Of a stretch of 64,000 nucleotides of DNA, positions 47,519 to 56,909 are shown in pieces (the stretch's first letter is position 1; the number at the start of each line of letters is the position of its first letter). The position numbers and the translations under genes are program-made. Source of the DNA: Planctomycetota bacterium (GTDB lineage: Bacteria; Planctomycetota; GCA-002687715; CAIWVZ01). Below the pieces are notes generated by a model. The model saw nothing but the letters and a program-made list of their open reading frames with translations, did not search any database and had not been told where the DNA came from. The DNA lies in contig JBGANV010000001.1 of assembly GCA_044222185.1 (NCBI GenBank), positions 1,024,001 to 1,088,000 on the forward strand, read 5' to 3'.

Positions 47519-48622
47519 ATGGACGCAAAGGCCACCCTCACTGATGAGATCAAGCTCCGACTTGCGCAACGCGGTTGGACACAGGCCGAGCTCGCAGCGG
47601 TGATGGGGCGGCAGTCGCCGGAAATATCATACGTCCTCACCGGCAAGCGTGGCCTGTCCGCAGAGATCGCGGTGGAGTTGGCGGCGGCGCTCGGGGAGAC
47701 GCCGCACTTTTGGATGCAGCTCGAAGCGAAGCGCGTCATCGGCGAGGTGGAAGCGCCCTCGGAAGAGATCGCCCGACGCGCGAGGATGTACGAGCGCGTC
47801 CCGATCGCCGAGATGAAGCGGCGGGGTTGGCTGCCGCGTACGAACGACGTTGCGGAACTCGGGCGGTCCGTGTGCGACTTCTATGGTATCGCAACGATCG
47901 ACGCCGATCCGCAGCTGGTCGTGGCCCTGCGGAAGACGAACCCGACTGAGCCACCGAAGAAAGAGCATATCGCTTGGGCGTTCCGGGCCAGACAGCTCGC
48001 GGCCGCCGTGCCAGTTGGCCAGTACAGCGAGGCGCGGCTGCCGGCGCTATCTACGGAACTCCGCAAACTCGCCGCATTCCCGTCCGAAGCCGCGAAGGTC
48101 TCTGGTGTGATGCAGGCATATGGGATACGTCTCGTCGTTGTCGAGCCACTCGCCGGTGGAGGCGGTGTCGACGGCGCGACGTTCTGGTTGAGTGAAAACG
48201 AGCCAGTCATTGCGTTAACGCTGCGCTTCGACCGCATCGATAACTTCTGGCACACGTTGATGCACGAACTGGCGCACGTGAAGCACCGGGACTTGGTCAT
48301 CGACACTGAGATCGTAGGAGAGGATCGCGTCGCCCCGATCTCCGAGACGGAGCAGCGCGCGAACTCTGAGGCGGCAGCGATGCTCATCTCCCCAAGCGAC
48401 CTCGACGATTTCATTCTCAGACTCGACCCATTCTTCTCCAAGGATCGCATCAACCGCTTCGCGAACCGCATCAAGATGCACCCCGGCATCATCGTCGGGC
48501 AGCTGCAACACCGCGGGAAGGTTAAGCCTTTCGCGAACCGCGAAATGCTGGTGAAGATCCGAGACCATTTTCTGTCAACCGCGATCGCCGACGGCTGGGG
48601 GAAGAGCGTCGGAACGGTTTAG
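47519..48622 (+). CDS. HigA-like XRE HTH fused to ImmA/IrrE (M78) zinc metallopeptidase
   Basis: RGWTQAELAAVMG…ELAAALGETPHFWMQLE; DGATFW…PVIALTLRFDRIDNFWHTLMHELAH; EQRAN; HPGIIVGQLQ. Confidence 0.92.
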   Translation: MDAKATLTDEIKLRLAQRGWTQAELAAVMGRQSPEISYVLTGKRGLSAEIAVELAAALGETPHFWMQLEAKRVIGEVEAPSEEIARRARMYERVPIAEMKRRGWLPRTNDVAELGRSVCDFYGIATIDADPQLVVALRKTNPTEPPKKEHIAWAFRARQLAAAVPVGQYSEARLPALSTELRKLAAFPSEAAKVSGVMQAYGIRLVVVEPLAGGGGVDGATFWLSENEPVIALTLRFDRIDNFWHTLMHELAHVKHRDLVIDTEIVGEDRVAPISETEQRANSEAAAMLISPSDLDDFILRLDPFFSKDRINRFANRIKMHPGIIVGQLQHRGKVKPFANREMLVKIRDHFLSTAIADGWGKSVGTV

Positions 48623-48633
48623 GGAGTCGCTCG

Positions 48634-49143
48634 ATGCGAACAACGAAGTCGAGAAAGCAGCAGATCCAGGACCTTTGCGACCAGTATCGTGAGGAGTTCG
48701 GCCACGGACCGATAGATCCCGCCGACGTCGTAGAATGGGCGATCGAAAACAAACTGATCGCGCCATCTGTCGTCGACTACAAGCGCGCACTGCGATACGA
48801 GATCGCCAAGGCAGAACGCGATGAGAAATTCATCGATGACCAAGGGCGAAGCGTACGCCGCAATCACACCTACCGCGACGGTGACCGCACGCTCATCGCG
48901 GAGATCAATCACGCCACCCCCGAACACATGCAGCTCTCGATACAGCAACGCCGCCTCGGCGTTCTCAACGACGTCCTGCAGCTCGCGACGGACGCTGACT
49001 CTTGGAATGAGAACTTCAGAAAGCCGGGGGATCGGACGATCCAGCTTTCCCTGAACTTCCAGCCCGACGTCGACGAGATGCGTGAGTCCGGGCGCTACCC
49101 CAGCGAACCACCGCACGCTGACGATGACGATGAACAGGCGTGA
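48634..49143 (+). CDS. Hypothetical protein co-transcribed with the HigA/M78 gene
   Basis: 11 nt after the previous stop with GGGAG RBS; globular composition. Confidence 0.8.
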   Translation: MRTTKSRKQQIQDLCDQYREEFGHGPIDPADVVEWAIENKLIAPSVVDYKRALRYEIAKAERDEKFIDDQGRSVRRNHTYRDGDRTLIAEINHATPEHMQLSIQQRRLGVLNDVLQLATDADSWNENFRKPGDRTIQLSLNFQPDVDEMRESGRYPSEPPHADDDDEQA

Positions 49144-49250
49144 GCGAAGATCGCCGGTACGCGTGACAGAGTGAGCGCGTCACGACGGCCCCGGCCCTCA
49201 TGCTCAGGTGGGGCCGAGTGGCGAGCTTCTCCACCGCGCATGCTGCACTT

Positions 49251-50285
49251 CTATAGGCCAGCAAGCCGGCTCACTGCATGGGCAAGCCGTGTGAACACTT
49301 CGACGAACCGATCCCGACTATCACTCATTGTCTGAAGCACCGTACCGGTTCGCTCAATCTGCCGGTCGGTGAGTGCAAACACAGGCGTGTTGTGAGTGTG
49401 CGACTGCGCGATGAGGCTATTGAAGTCGGCGATGTTTGCCAAGTTGAACGGCGTGTCTTCCGAACTCGCCGCTTCAAACTCTGCGCGAGTGACCGCCATC
49501 CCGCGCGCTGCTAGCGCTGGAACAAGCTGGTCATTCGCCGCCGACTTGATTCTGTTGATCCACCCCTGGAACGCAGCGGCGGGAGCGCCGGACCGAGGGC
49601 GATAGCGCTGCGAAATGATCCCGAGGAACTTCGGACCGCGAGGTGGGAGCGGGTAGACAAGACCTGGACCGTCGCGATGTACCGCAGCGGCCTGGTCCCA
49701 ACGCGGCAACACGGTCGCTAGCGAGTTAAGCGCCAGAAAACAGAAGTAGTCTGGGCTTGTCGGAACGATGAAGAAGTCACTCGACAGAAACAGGCTCTGG
49801 TTGAGGGCGCCGATGCTCGGACTCATGTCCACGAGAATCACATCTACGCCGTTACGGTCCGCAGTCGCACGTAGGAGATGCCCGACAGCGCCCGGAAGGT
49901 TCCGAAGCGCTGGGAGAGCCGCTGCGGTACTGAAAGCAACCGCGAGCTGCGCCTCGTATTCAGCGAGATCGATGTGACCTGCCAAGATTGACAGGTTGCT
50001 CTGAGCCGTCCGCTGCGGAATGGCTGGCTGAAGCTGTTCCGGTCGCCCGGTGAACGCGGGACGTAGCGCGACGCAGAGGTTGGCCATCGGAACGCGCGTG
50101 TAGAACTCCTCGAATTCGTCGTTCCCCTCGAATCCGAGTACGGTCCCCGTCAGGTTGCATTGAGGGTCGCCGTCGACGATCAGGACACGCTTTCCGAGTT
50201 CGGCGAGCGCCCACCCAAGGTTGAAGGTCGTGGTCGTCTTGCTGACTCCGCCCTTGTGGTTGAACAGACTGATGATCTTAGCCAC
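49251..50285 (-). CDS. Orphan ParA/Soj-family (SIMIBI) ATPase
   Basis: Deviant Walker A FNHKGGVSKTT, VDGDPQCNLT, ILVDMSPS, PTSPDYF; GGAGG RBS before GTG 50285. Confidence 0.9.
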   Translation of the reverse strand: MAKIISLFNHKGGVSKTTTTFNLGWALAELGKRVLIVDGDPQCNLTGTVLGFEGNDEFEEFYTRVPMANLCVALRPAFTGRPEQLQPAIPQRTAQSNLSILAGHIDLAEYEAQLAVAFSTAAALPALRNLPGAVGHLLRATADRNGVDVILVDMSPSIGALNQSLFLSSDFFIVPTSPDYFCFLALNSLATVLPRWDQAAAVHRDGPGLVYPLPPRGPKFLGIISQRYRPRSGAPAAAFQGWINRIKSAANDQLVPALAARGMAVTRAEFEAASSEDTPFNLANIADFNSLIAQSHTHNTPVFALTDRQIERTGTVLQTMSDSRDRFVEVFTRLAHAVSRLAGL

Positions 50286-50361
50286 GCAAGCTCCTCCAAA
50301 AGGTAGGGCCGGCAGGATTTTAACTCTCCACGTTCGCAGCGTCCCGCCACGCCCATTCGAC

Positions 50362-50389
50362 AAGAAAATCGCGGGCCGCAACCGCGATT
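50362..50389 (-). terminator. Probable intrinsic terminator
   Basis: AATCGCGG-N7-CCGCGATT hairpin followed by TTCTT on the minus strand, downstream of the NHL gene. Confidence 0.5.
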
Positions 50390-50448
50390 CCTGCGAGGGA
50401 GGACGGCTGCGACCCGCGAGCGCACAAGTAGTTCGAGTGCGCCGGATC

Positions 50449-53076
50449 CTACCCGCTGGTCGTGGCGGACGCCAAGCGCCCCCATTGATCCCGAACGGTC
50501 ACCCACCACGTTACGGGGGCAGGTGCCGCGTCCGTGACGGTGAATGAATGCGACGTCCCGAACGAGCCCTCAGAGTCCCACGACCGCCCGACGGGGGCTG
50601 CGCCGCGCCCGTAGCGCACGAGGCCGAGGGTCGGGACGTTCGTCGTCCAGGTCACGCTCACCGTTTCAGTGATCCCGCTCACATTTCTTGTGATCCCGCT
50701 CACTAAGACTGTCGGCGCCGGCCCAGTCGCCACCGGCTTCGGCGGCATCGTCCACCCGCGGACGTCCGAGCACCGCAACACGAAGTAGGCGTAGTTCCAC
50801 GCGTCGATTCCGGTGAGCTCCGGGCGGGCGACTCCGTCTCCCCAACCGCGTTGAAGCTCTAACGCCCCAACTGCGAGGCACGCGGCGGGCCCGTGCGACG
50901 TCTCGGCGCCGACCCACCACGCGGCCGCCTCGTCGAACGACTGCCCTCCGACCGAAGACGTGCCGTAGCTTCCGTGCAGAAGTGCGAAGCTCGGGCGCAC
51001 CGCCATCCCAAACGCGGGAACCGTCCCGAGCCGGTGAATCGCCAGGCCGGCCTGGAACGCAGCGCCATCCTCGAGCACGGCGTCTCCGACCACGCGCCGG
51101 CGGATGATCCCGGCGCCCGAGCTGCCGAAGCCGGTCGTGACGATGTTGCCCTGCATGTCGATCGCGACGGCCCACGGGTAGTGCCGCGCGGGGAAGTCCG
51201 GCTCGTTCGTCTCCTGCGGTCCGCCGTGGCGATCCTTCTTCCCCGCGAGCAGCGTCCCATGCCACGAACCGTCTCGCGAGTGCCGCCCGATGTAGCTGTT
51301 CGATCGCCCACTGATCCACGCTTCGAACACATCGTCTCGTGGACCGCACAGACCGTCTCGATCGACGGCGATCCAGGTCCATGGGTTGTTGCCGCTGACG
51401 AGGTCCTTCGGGGACGTGGAGACGAACGTCACGGTCCCGGTTGCGACGTCGACCGCCTTCACCGCCTTCGTGAGGTTCTCGGCGACCACCGGTGTACCGG
51501 CACTGTCGACCCGGACGCACTGCGGGAAACGGATCCAGTCAGCCACGGCCTGCGGCGGAGCCGGCATCGCGGAGTACACGTTCGGTCGAGTCACGGCTTC
51601 CTGCGGACGTGGCGATGTGGCCATGTGGCCACCTGCCGCCGTCGAGACCACGCCCGTCGCGAGATCGATCACGCGCAGCGCGCAGTTCTCGCGGTCCGTC
51701 ACCCACATGCGGCCGCGGTCGATCGCGAGCGATGTCGGCTTGTTGAACCGCGCCGTCGCGATCGGTCCGTCCACATACCCGGGCGCTCCGCCGACGAACG
51801 TTGTGAGTCGACCGTGCCCCTTCCCTTTCTGCACGAGCCCCTCGCCTGTCCCGCGCAGGTCGAGCTTCGCGATCCGGTGGTTCCCCGTGTCGGCAAGGTA
51901 GATCACGTCCGGATCAGCAGGATCCATCGCGAGGTCGTTCACGACGTTCGGTGCGACGTCGAACGTGCCGACCCATTCCTTGTCCGCCGCGAACTGCGCC
52001 GGCGTCGCCGTCGCGTCGTGCCACCAGTGCGGCGGCATCGTCGGGTCATCGTGGCCCGGCGGCTTCGGCGTCGTGTTCGTGTGGCAACTGACGCACGACC
52101 GTTCCCACCTGCGCGAGTTCCACGGCCCGAAGAGCGCCTTCACCGATCCGTTAACCCCAAGGGTGAAGACGGATCCGGACACGTCGACGCCGACCCAACC
52201 GGATCCGCGGGGGTCCGCGACGAACGAGGAGTACGGCGAGACGTCGCCGGCGCCGCGCTGACCCGTCCACCAGTCCATTCGGTCGTTCTGCGGTCGCTGC
52301 CCTTCCGAGCTGGCGTCGCCGCGCGGGTAGTGCGGAGCCGCGAACACATGGCCATCGCCCGAGGTGTAGACGTGGTGCGACGGTCGGTAGAGCCCGGAGT
52401 TCGCGCGCGTGAGCGAGAGGCCGGTCCAGTATGAGGGGTCCCGAAGCAGGACCGGCGCAACCTGGGGTGGTGACCCAACAGGTTGGGCGAGCGGGACCGA
52501 CGGCGGGAACGGCAGATGGCCGGGGTAGCTCATCCACGCGACCCGCGGAGAGAACGTCAGCTGGTGGTAGACGAGTGAGCCGAGAGGGATCCGCTGCGCG
52601 TCGGTGTTGCGCGGAACGCCCGGCACGTTGTCGATCGCGAACGGGATCACGCGAGGCGACAGGAACTCTCCGCCAGGTCCCGCATCGACCGGGTCGATGG
52701 AGATCGCGTGTGTGCCGTCCTCCCAGAGCGTGGAATCGAGCGTGATCGCCGCACCGAGTGGCACCGGCGCGGCCGCTCGCAAGTCATCGATGAGGACGCG
52801 AACGACGGTGCCTGCCGGCGCTGGGACCGCGAGACCGCTCTTGTCCTGCAACACCGCGGAGACCGTGAACGTTCCATGGACGGTCACGAACCGGAAGTCC
52901 GACTTCGTGGTGTAGTCGACGAGAGGCTTCCCGTTCACGACCGGGATCAGCCATGACAACGAGGTCTCCGCCGGGACGGCAGGTGTGGGCAGGGGAACTG
53001 GCGCCGTCGGCGTCGCCGTCGGAGCCTGGGACATCGTGATGCAACAAAGCACGAACGCGAGGAGTGTTGATCGCAT
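50449..53076 (-). CDS. Exported NHL-repeat (beta-propeller) protein with Ig-like termini and one CxxCH motif
   Basis: Signal peptide; YLADTGNHRI, GYVDGPIATARFNKP, WVTDRENCALRVID; CVSCH; C-terminal VTWTTN…VRYG. Confidence 0.85.
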   Translation of the reverse strand: MRSTLLAFVLCCITMSQAPTATPTAPVPLPTPAVPAETSLSWLIPVVNGKPLVDYTTKSDFRFVTVHGTFTVSAVLQDKSGLAVPAPAGTVVRVLIDDLRAAAPVPLGAAITLDSTLWEDGTHAISIDPVDAGPGGEFLSPRVIPFAIDNVPGVPRNTDAQRIPLGSLVYHQLTFSPRVAWMSYPGHLPFPPSVPLAQPVGSPPQVAPVLLRDPSYWTGLSLTRANSGLYRPSHHVYTSGDGHVFAAPHYPRGDASSEGQRPQNDRMDWWTGQRGAGDVSPYSSFVADPRGSGWVGVDVSGSVFTLGVNGSVKALFGPWNSRRWERSCVSCHTNTTPKPPGHDDPTMPPHWWHDATATPAQFAADKEWVGTFDVAPNVVNDLAMDPADPDVIYLADTGNHRIAKLDLRGTGEGLVQKGKGHGRLTTFVGGAPGYVDGPIATARFNKPTSLAIDRGRMWVTDRENCALRVIDLATGVVSTAAGGHMATSPRPQEAVTRPNVYSAMPAPPQAVADWIRFPQCVRVDSAGTPVVAENLTKAVKAVDVATGTVTFVSTSPKDLVSGNNPWTWIAVDRDGLCGPRDDVFEAWISGRSNSYIGRHSRDGSWHGTLLAGKKDRHGGPQETNEPDFPARHYPWAVAIDMQGNIVTTGFGSSGAGIIRRRVVGDAVLEDGAAFQAGLAIHRLGTVPAFGMAVRPSFALLHGSYGTSSVGGQSFDEAAAWWVGAETSHGPAACLAVGALELQRGWGDGVARPELTGIDAWNYAYFVLRCSDVRGWTMPPKPVATGPAPTVLVSGITRNVSGITETVSVTWTTNVPTLGLVRYGRGAAPVGRSWDSEGSFGTSHSFTVTDAAPAPVTWWVTVRDQWGRLASATTSG

Positions 53077-53140
53077 CGGGCCAGAATCGCATGCCCGCCG
53101 TGAGCCGCGCGATCCGCGCGATCGCAGGTATCTTCCGGCG

Positions 53141-53371
53141 ATGCGAAGCCAGGTCCCCGCCCAGGCGTTCCCCACACTCCGGTCCGTTCAGCGCTGGAGC
53201 ATTGAGCGCTGCGTGCGGCAGTACGACATCGCGTGCCTCTACTTCGAAGGCCTCTCCCCGGCGCAGCGGGTGGCGATCGAGCTGGCTGTCCGCCATCAGG
53301 TCGAGTTGATCGACGACGCCCGCGCCATCAGATCGCAGCCGAAGGACCGAACGGTCCGCATCGGTGCCTGA
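53141..53371 (+). CDS. Possible small hypothetical protein
   Basis: ATG-started 76-codon ORF filling the gap; stop abuts the convergent gene. Confidence 0.35.
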   Translation: MRSQVPAQAFPTLRSVQRWSIERCVRQYDIACLYFEGLSPAQRVAIELAVRHQVELIDDARAIRSQPKDRTVRIGA

Positions 53372-55660
53372 TCAGAGCACCCGGACCTCGTAGGTCTTCA
53401 CGGTGAAGTTCGGGATCGTCAATGTCTGCTTCAGCACGTTCCGGAACCGCGCGATCTCGACCAAGCCCGCATCCGTGCGCTCGTAGAGCGCCTTCTCCCC
53501 GCTGCCGATCTCGTAGCGGCTGGCATCCAGCTCGAGCGTGACGGTCTGGGGACCCGGATCCCCCAACACGCCGGCCGGGTATTCGTGGATCACGATGATC
53601 CCCAGGTACTCGTCGTCGACCAGGAAGATCTCCGATTTGACGACGTTGTTGACCTGAACGCCAACCCAGTACTGCTGGAACACCGTCTCGACGGAATCGA
53701 CCCAGCCCGGCTCCCAGGTGTTGATCGAGAGCGGCGGCATCCGCTTCCCCTGGTGGTACGGGAGCGTCCGCGGTCGCGCGGCGTGAATGACCCGGACCCA
53801 GTCGAAGAAGTAGAAGAGCTGCGTGTTCACCGGCGACGGGGACGCGGCGATCAGCTCAGCGCCCGCGCTGGTCGTCGAGTCGTTGATCGACGCGATCCCT
53901 GAGCGCAGCCACGAGACGTTCATGAGCTGCTCGAAGACGATGTTGCCCGCGGGGTTGTTGTTCCCGTCGGTGATCTGAGGGCCGATGTACTGCGCCGTGC
54001 GCACCATCTGCCCGTAGACGTAGCTGAACAGATCGACGAACTTCCCGACCGTCTCACCGCCGAGCGTCATCGTGTAGAGCAGGTCGAAGGAGTCGATCAT
54101 CGTCTCCTCCGGGTACTCCTGCGACATGAGGAAGTCCGGGTCCACGCCACGGAAGCCCGACAGGATTGTCGCGATCACGTTCTTCCGGCCGGCCTGGTTG
54201 GCACGGTAGGTCCACGACGACTGGGTCGGGTCGTCCTGGTAGTCGGATAGGTTCGCACCGAAGGAGTCGTAGTAGATCCCGCGCGGTCCCGCGGATCCCG
54301 CCAGCGCGTGCGCGACCGCGTAATCGAAGAGGATCTGGTAGGCGATCAGTGCCCAGTCCGACCTGGCGTAGTCGGGCTGCATCATCACCACGCCCTCGAT
54401 CGTGCCGCTGTCGACCAGCGTCAGGGCTCCCGCCTTGTCGCGCAGGCAGCGCGTCCGGACGTCGATCGTCCCGAGCCCGGTCACCGGATAGGCCGAGACG
54501 TTGAACGGGCCCGAGAGCAGCTGCGAGTCCAGGAACCGGTGGTTCACATAGTCCTGCACGTGACACCCGAGCGCTTGCGCCGATGCCAGGAACGACAGGT
54601 AGTCCGACTGCATCGTCCCGATCGACGGGTTGTCGATCGCGGGTGCATAGAACGCCTGCTGGACCCACCAGTAGGGCGTCGCGATCATGTTGGTCAGGCC
54701 GGCGTGCGACATCAGCCGCGAGACGATGTTCGTCTTGCGCGGGAAGTCGCGGTGAACGCTGTCGCTCGGCCACCAGAGCAGGACGTCAGAGTTCTTCACG
54801 CGCGCGGAGTAGTGCGCGGCGTCCTTCCAGGGGCCTCGGGTCATCCACGGGCGCGCCGCGTCGGTCGCCCACATCCGGTAGCGGTCAGCCGCGTCGTAGT
54901 AACCCAGGCGCCCGTCCCATGTTCGCCCGGTGATCCCCGCAATGTGGGTCCGATACGGGCGCGTGAAGTCGCTCCCCGGGACGTAGCGGCGGTCGACTTC
55001 GTGCCGGACGAGCCAGCGGACAGACGTCGTCTGCCCGGCGAACGCGATGATCTTCCGGCAGCCCTCGTCGTCGTCCGTCGCGATGTAGAGCTGCTGCCGG
55101 CTGCGGCTGTCGTACATCGACGCGAACTGCATCGAGAGCGGCGCCACGACCGCCACGCCAGGCGATAGGTGAGGCTGTGGGACGACGACGCCGCCCTGCC
55201 AGGCCGCGGCTGCGTAGCAGTTCTCCTCGGCTCCGAAGAGCTTCGCATCGAAGCGTGGCCAGTCGAACGTCTTGACGGAGTACGTGGTCGACGTGGAGTT
55301 CAGGGCCTGACCGAAGAGAACCTCGTCGCCCTCCACGGTGAACGTGAACGTGAACGCGATCCGCGGGTCCGTTCGCCAGGTCGCCAGGACGGTCCCGGCG
55401 CCGTCATGGGTCTCGACGGACATGTTGAAGTCCGCGGGCGAGGCCACGATCGTCGCGTGGTCCGATGCCCGGTCGATCTCGACGGCGAAGGCGCCGGTGG
55501 CAGCGCAGGCGAACCGGTATCCCCCACCGGAGATGCTCCGGAGAGTGAGCCCGTACGTGGGATGCGGGTCGACGACGGCGCCCGGCGCGGGCGAGAGGAT
55601 TCCGCCTCGCGGAACGGCGGCCCGGGCCGAACCCTGCTTCAGGATCGTGGCGCCGCTCAT
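53372..55660 (-). CDS. Putative glycoside hydrolase-like (DUF6259-like) phage protein
   Basis: SMQFASMYD…LYIATDD, YDAADRYRMWA…GPW, GIYYDSFG, SQEYPEE recall DUF6259-type TIM-barrel proteins (from memory); TGATG coupling. Confidence 0.6.
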   Translation of the reverse strand: MSGATILKQGSARAAVPRGGILSPAPGAVVDPHPTYGLTLRSISGGGYRFACAATGAFAVEIDRASDHATIVASPADFNMSVETHDGAGTVLATWRTDPRIAFTFTFTVEGDEVLFGQALNSTSTTYSVKTFDWPRFDAKLFGAEENCYAAAAWQGGVVVPQPHLSPGVAVVAPLSMQFASMYDSRSRQQLYIATDDDEGCRKIIAFAGQTTSVRWLVRHEVDRRYVPGSDFTRPYRTHIAGITGRTWDGRLGYYDAADRYRMWATDAARPWMTRGPWKDAAHYSARVKNSDVLLWWPSDSVHRDFPRKTNIVSRLMSHAGLTNMIATPYWWVQQAFYAPAIDNPSIGTMQSDYLSFLASAQALGCHVQDYVNHRFLDSQLLSGPFNVSAYPVTGLGTIDVRTRCLRDKAGALTLVDSGTIEGVVMMQPDYARSDWALIAYQILFDYAVAHALAGSAGPRGIYYDSFGANLSDYQDDPTQSSWTYRANQAGRKNVIATILSGFRGVDPDFLMSQEYPEETMIDSFDLLYTMTLGGETVGKFVDLFSYVYGQMVRTAQYIGPQITDGNNNPAGNIVFEQLMNVSWLRSGIASINDSTTSAGAELIAASPSPVNTQLFYFFDWVRVIHAARPRTLPYHQGKRMPPLSINTWEPGWVDSVETVFQQYWVGVQVNNVVKSEIFLVDDEYLGIIVIHEYPAGVLGDPGPQTVTLELDASRYEIGSGEKALYERTDAGLVEIARFRNVLKQTLTIPNFTVKTYEVRVL

Positions 55661-56007
55661 CAGACGATCTGCACGGGTGCGTCGACGAGGAGCTTCCAGA
55701 CGTCGCCGGTGCTCGCACCGCGGATCTTGACGGTCACCCATCCGGAACCGACGAGCAGGCTCCCCGAGGAGGTCTCGTCGAGGACGGGAGCAAGCTGGCC
55801 GTAGTCGGAATCCAGGATCCCGCTCGAGTACGTGCCCAGGAGCGACGAATCGAGCGCCCGATCGGACCGCAGGTTGCCTTCGATCTCGTGGTCGGCGAGG
55901 GACAGGAACCGTCCCTGATCGTCCTGGTACTGGATCGGGATCTGATGCGCGAGCCCGCGGCGGATGGTCGCGAGCTCGGGCGGCAGCTGTGTGATCGCGC
56001 GCGCCAT
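55660..56007 (-). CDS. Hypothetical phage protein
   Basis: Translationally coupled within the operon; beta-rich. Confidence 0.7.
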   Translation of the reverse strand: MARAITQLPPELATIRRGLAHQIPIQYQDDQGRFLSLADHEIEGNLRSDRALDSSLLGTYSSGILDSDYGQLAPVLDETSSGSLLVGSGWVTVKIRGASTGDVWKLLVDAPVQIV

Positions 56008-56008
56008 C

Positions 56009-56398
56009 TCAATCGCCTCGTCGGGTCTCAGCGACGGGCGTGGCTTCCGACTCGAGCATCAGCGCGCGAAGCAGCTGCGTACTCCGGAGGTACGTGCCTC
56101 GCTTCGTCTCATTGATGGAATCGTCGGAAGTCACGAAGTCGTCGTGGACCTTGCAGACGCGCTCGATGGACTTGCGGACCGGCCCTGCAGCAATGCGCTC
56201 GTCGGGCCCGTCGAGCGCGCGCGCCGCGACCTGGATGTCGAGCAGGACGGGGTCGGCCTGATTCGGGCCGGCCGCGACGTAGGCCTCGACACGGTCGCCA
56301 ACGCGCTTGAACAAATCCGCTGTCGCTTGGCGGTCGACGGTCCCGATGGAACCGCAGGCCAGGACAAAGAGCAGCGGAATCAGAAGGAAGAACTTCAT
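56009..56398 (-). CDS. Phage lipoprotein
   Basis: MKFFLLIPLLFVLAC lipobox; ATGA overlap; GGAGG RBS. Confidence 0.8.
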   Translation of the reverse strand: MKFFLLIPLLFVLACGSIGTVDRQATADLFKRVGDRVEAYVAAGPNQADPVLLDIQVAARALDGPDERIAAGPVRKSIERVCKVHDDFVTSDDSINETKRGTYLRSTQLLRALMLESEATPVAETRRGD

Positions 56399-56736
56399 CG
56401 GACACCTCCAACCGCGCCCAGTCCAGCCGCGATGCCGCCGGCGAGGATGCGCATCGACGAATCGATGACACTCTTCGTGACGGCCCACTTGGCCTTGATG
56501 GCGCGGAGATTGTTCAACTCGGCGACGGCGGCCATTTGCGCCTCGAGCTCGCCGGACATCGCCGTATCCCCCTGCGCGACGGCATCCGCCATGGCCGGGG
56601 CGATCTCGGCGACGAAGCGCCGCACGTCGTCTTGGGCTCCCTCCATCAGCGTCGTCAGCTGGGTGTAGAGGGTGATCTTCAGGTCGGACGCAACGCCCTT
56701 GAAGTCGACGCGGGCGAGATTCGGGTTCGGAACCAC
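56395..56736 (-). CDS. Hypothetical helical protein with hydrophobic C-terminus
   Basis: AAGAAGGAG RBS before GTG 56736; C-terminal ILAGGIAAGLGAVGG. Confidence 0.7.
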   Translation of the reverse strand: MVPNPNLARVDFKGVASDLKITLYTQLTTLMEGAQDDVRRFVAEIAPAMADAVAQGDTAMSGELEAQMAAVAELNNLRAIKAKWAVTKSVIDSSMRILAGGIAAGLGAVGGVR

Positions 56737-56738
56737 GG

Positions 56739-56903
56739 TCACTCCTTCTTGGCGAGCCCGCGGCTCACCGTGTACCCGAGGACGGCAGCGGAGAGCAGCG
56801 AGGATCCCTCGTGCGGATGTCCGGCCAGGATCAGCACCACCCCGCCGATGATGGCGAGCGCGGTCACCTTGAACTCGGACGTCTTCGAGCCAGATCGTCC
56901 CAT
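56739..56903 (-). CDS. Small 2-TM holin-like protein (54 aa, absent from the ORF track)
   Basis: Translated by hand: MGRSGSKTSEFKVTALAIIGGVVLILAGHPHEGSSLLSAAVLGYTVSRGLAKKE; GAGG RBS; fills the operon gap exactly. Confidence 0.75.
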   Translation of the reverse strand: MGRSGSKTSEFKVTALAIIGGVVLILAGHPHEGSSLLSAAVLGYTVSRGLAKKE

Positions 56904-56909
56904 CCCGCC

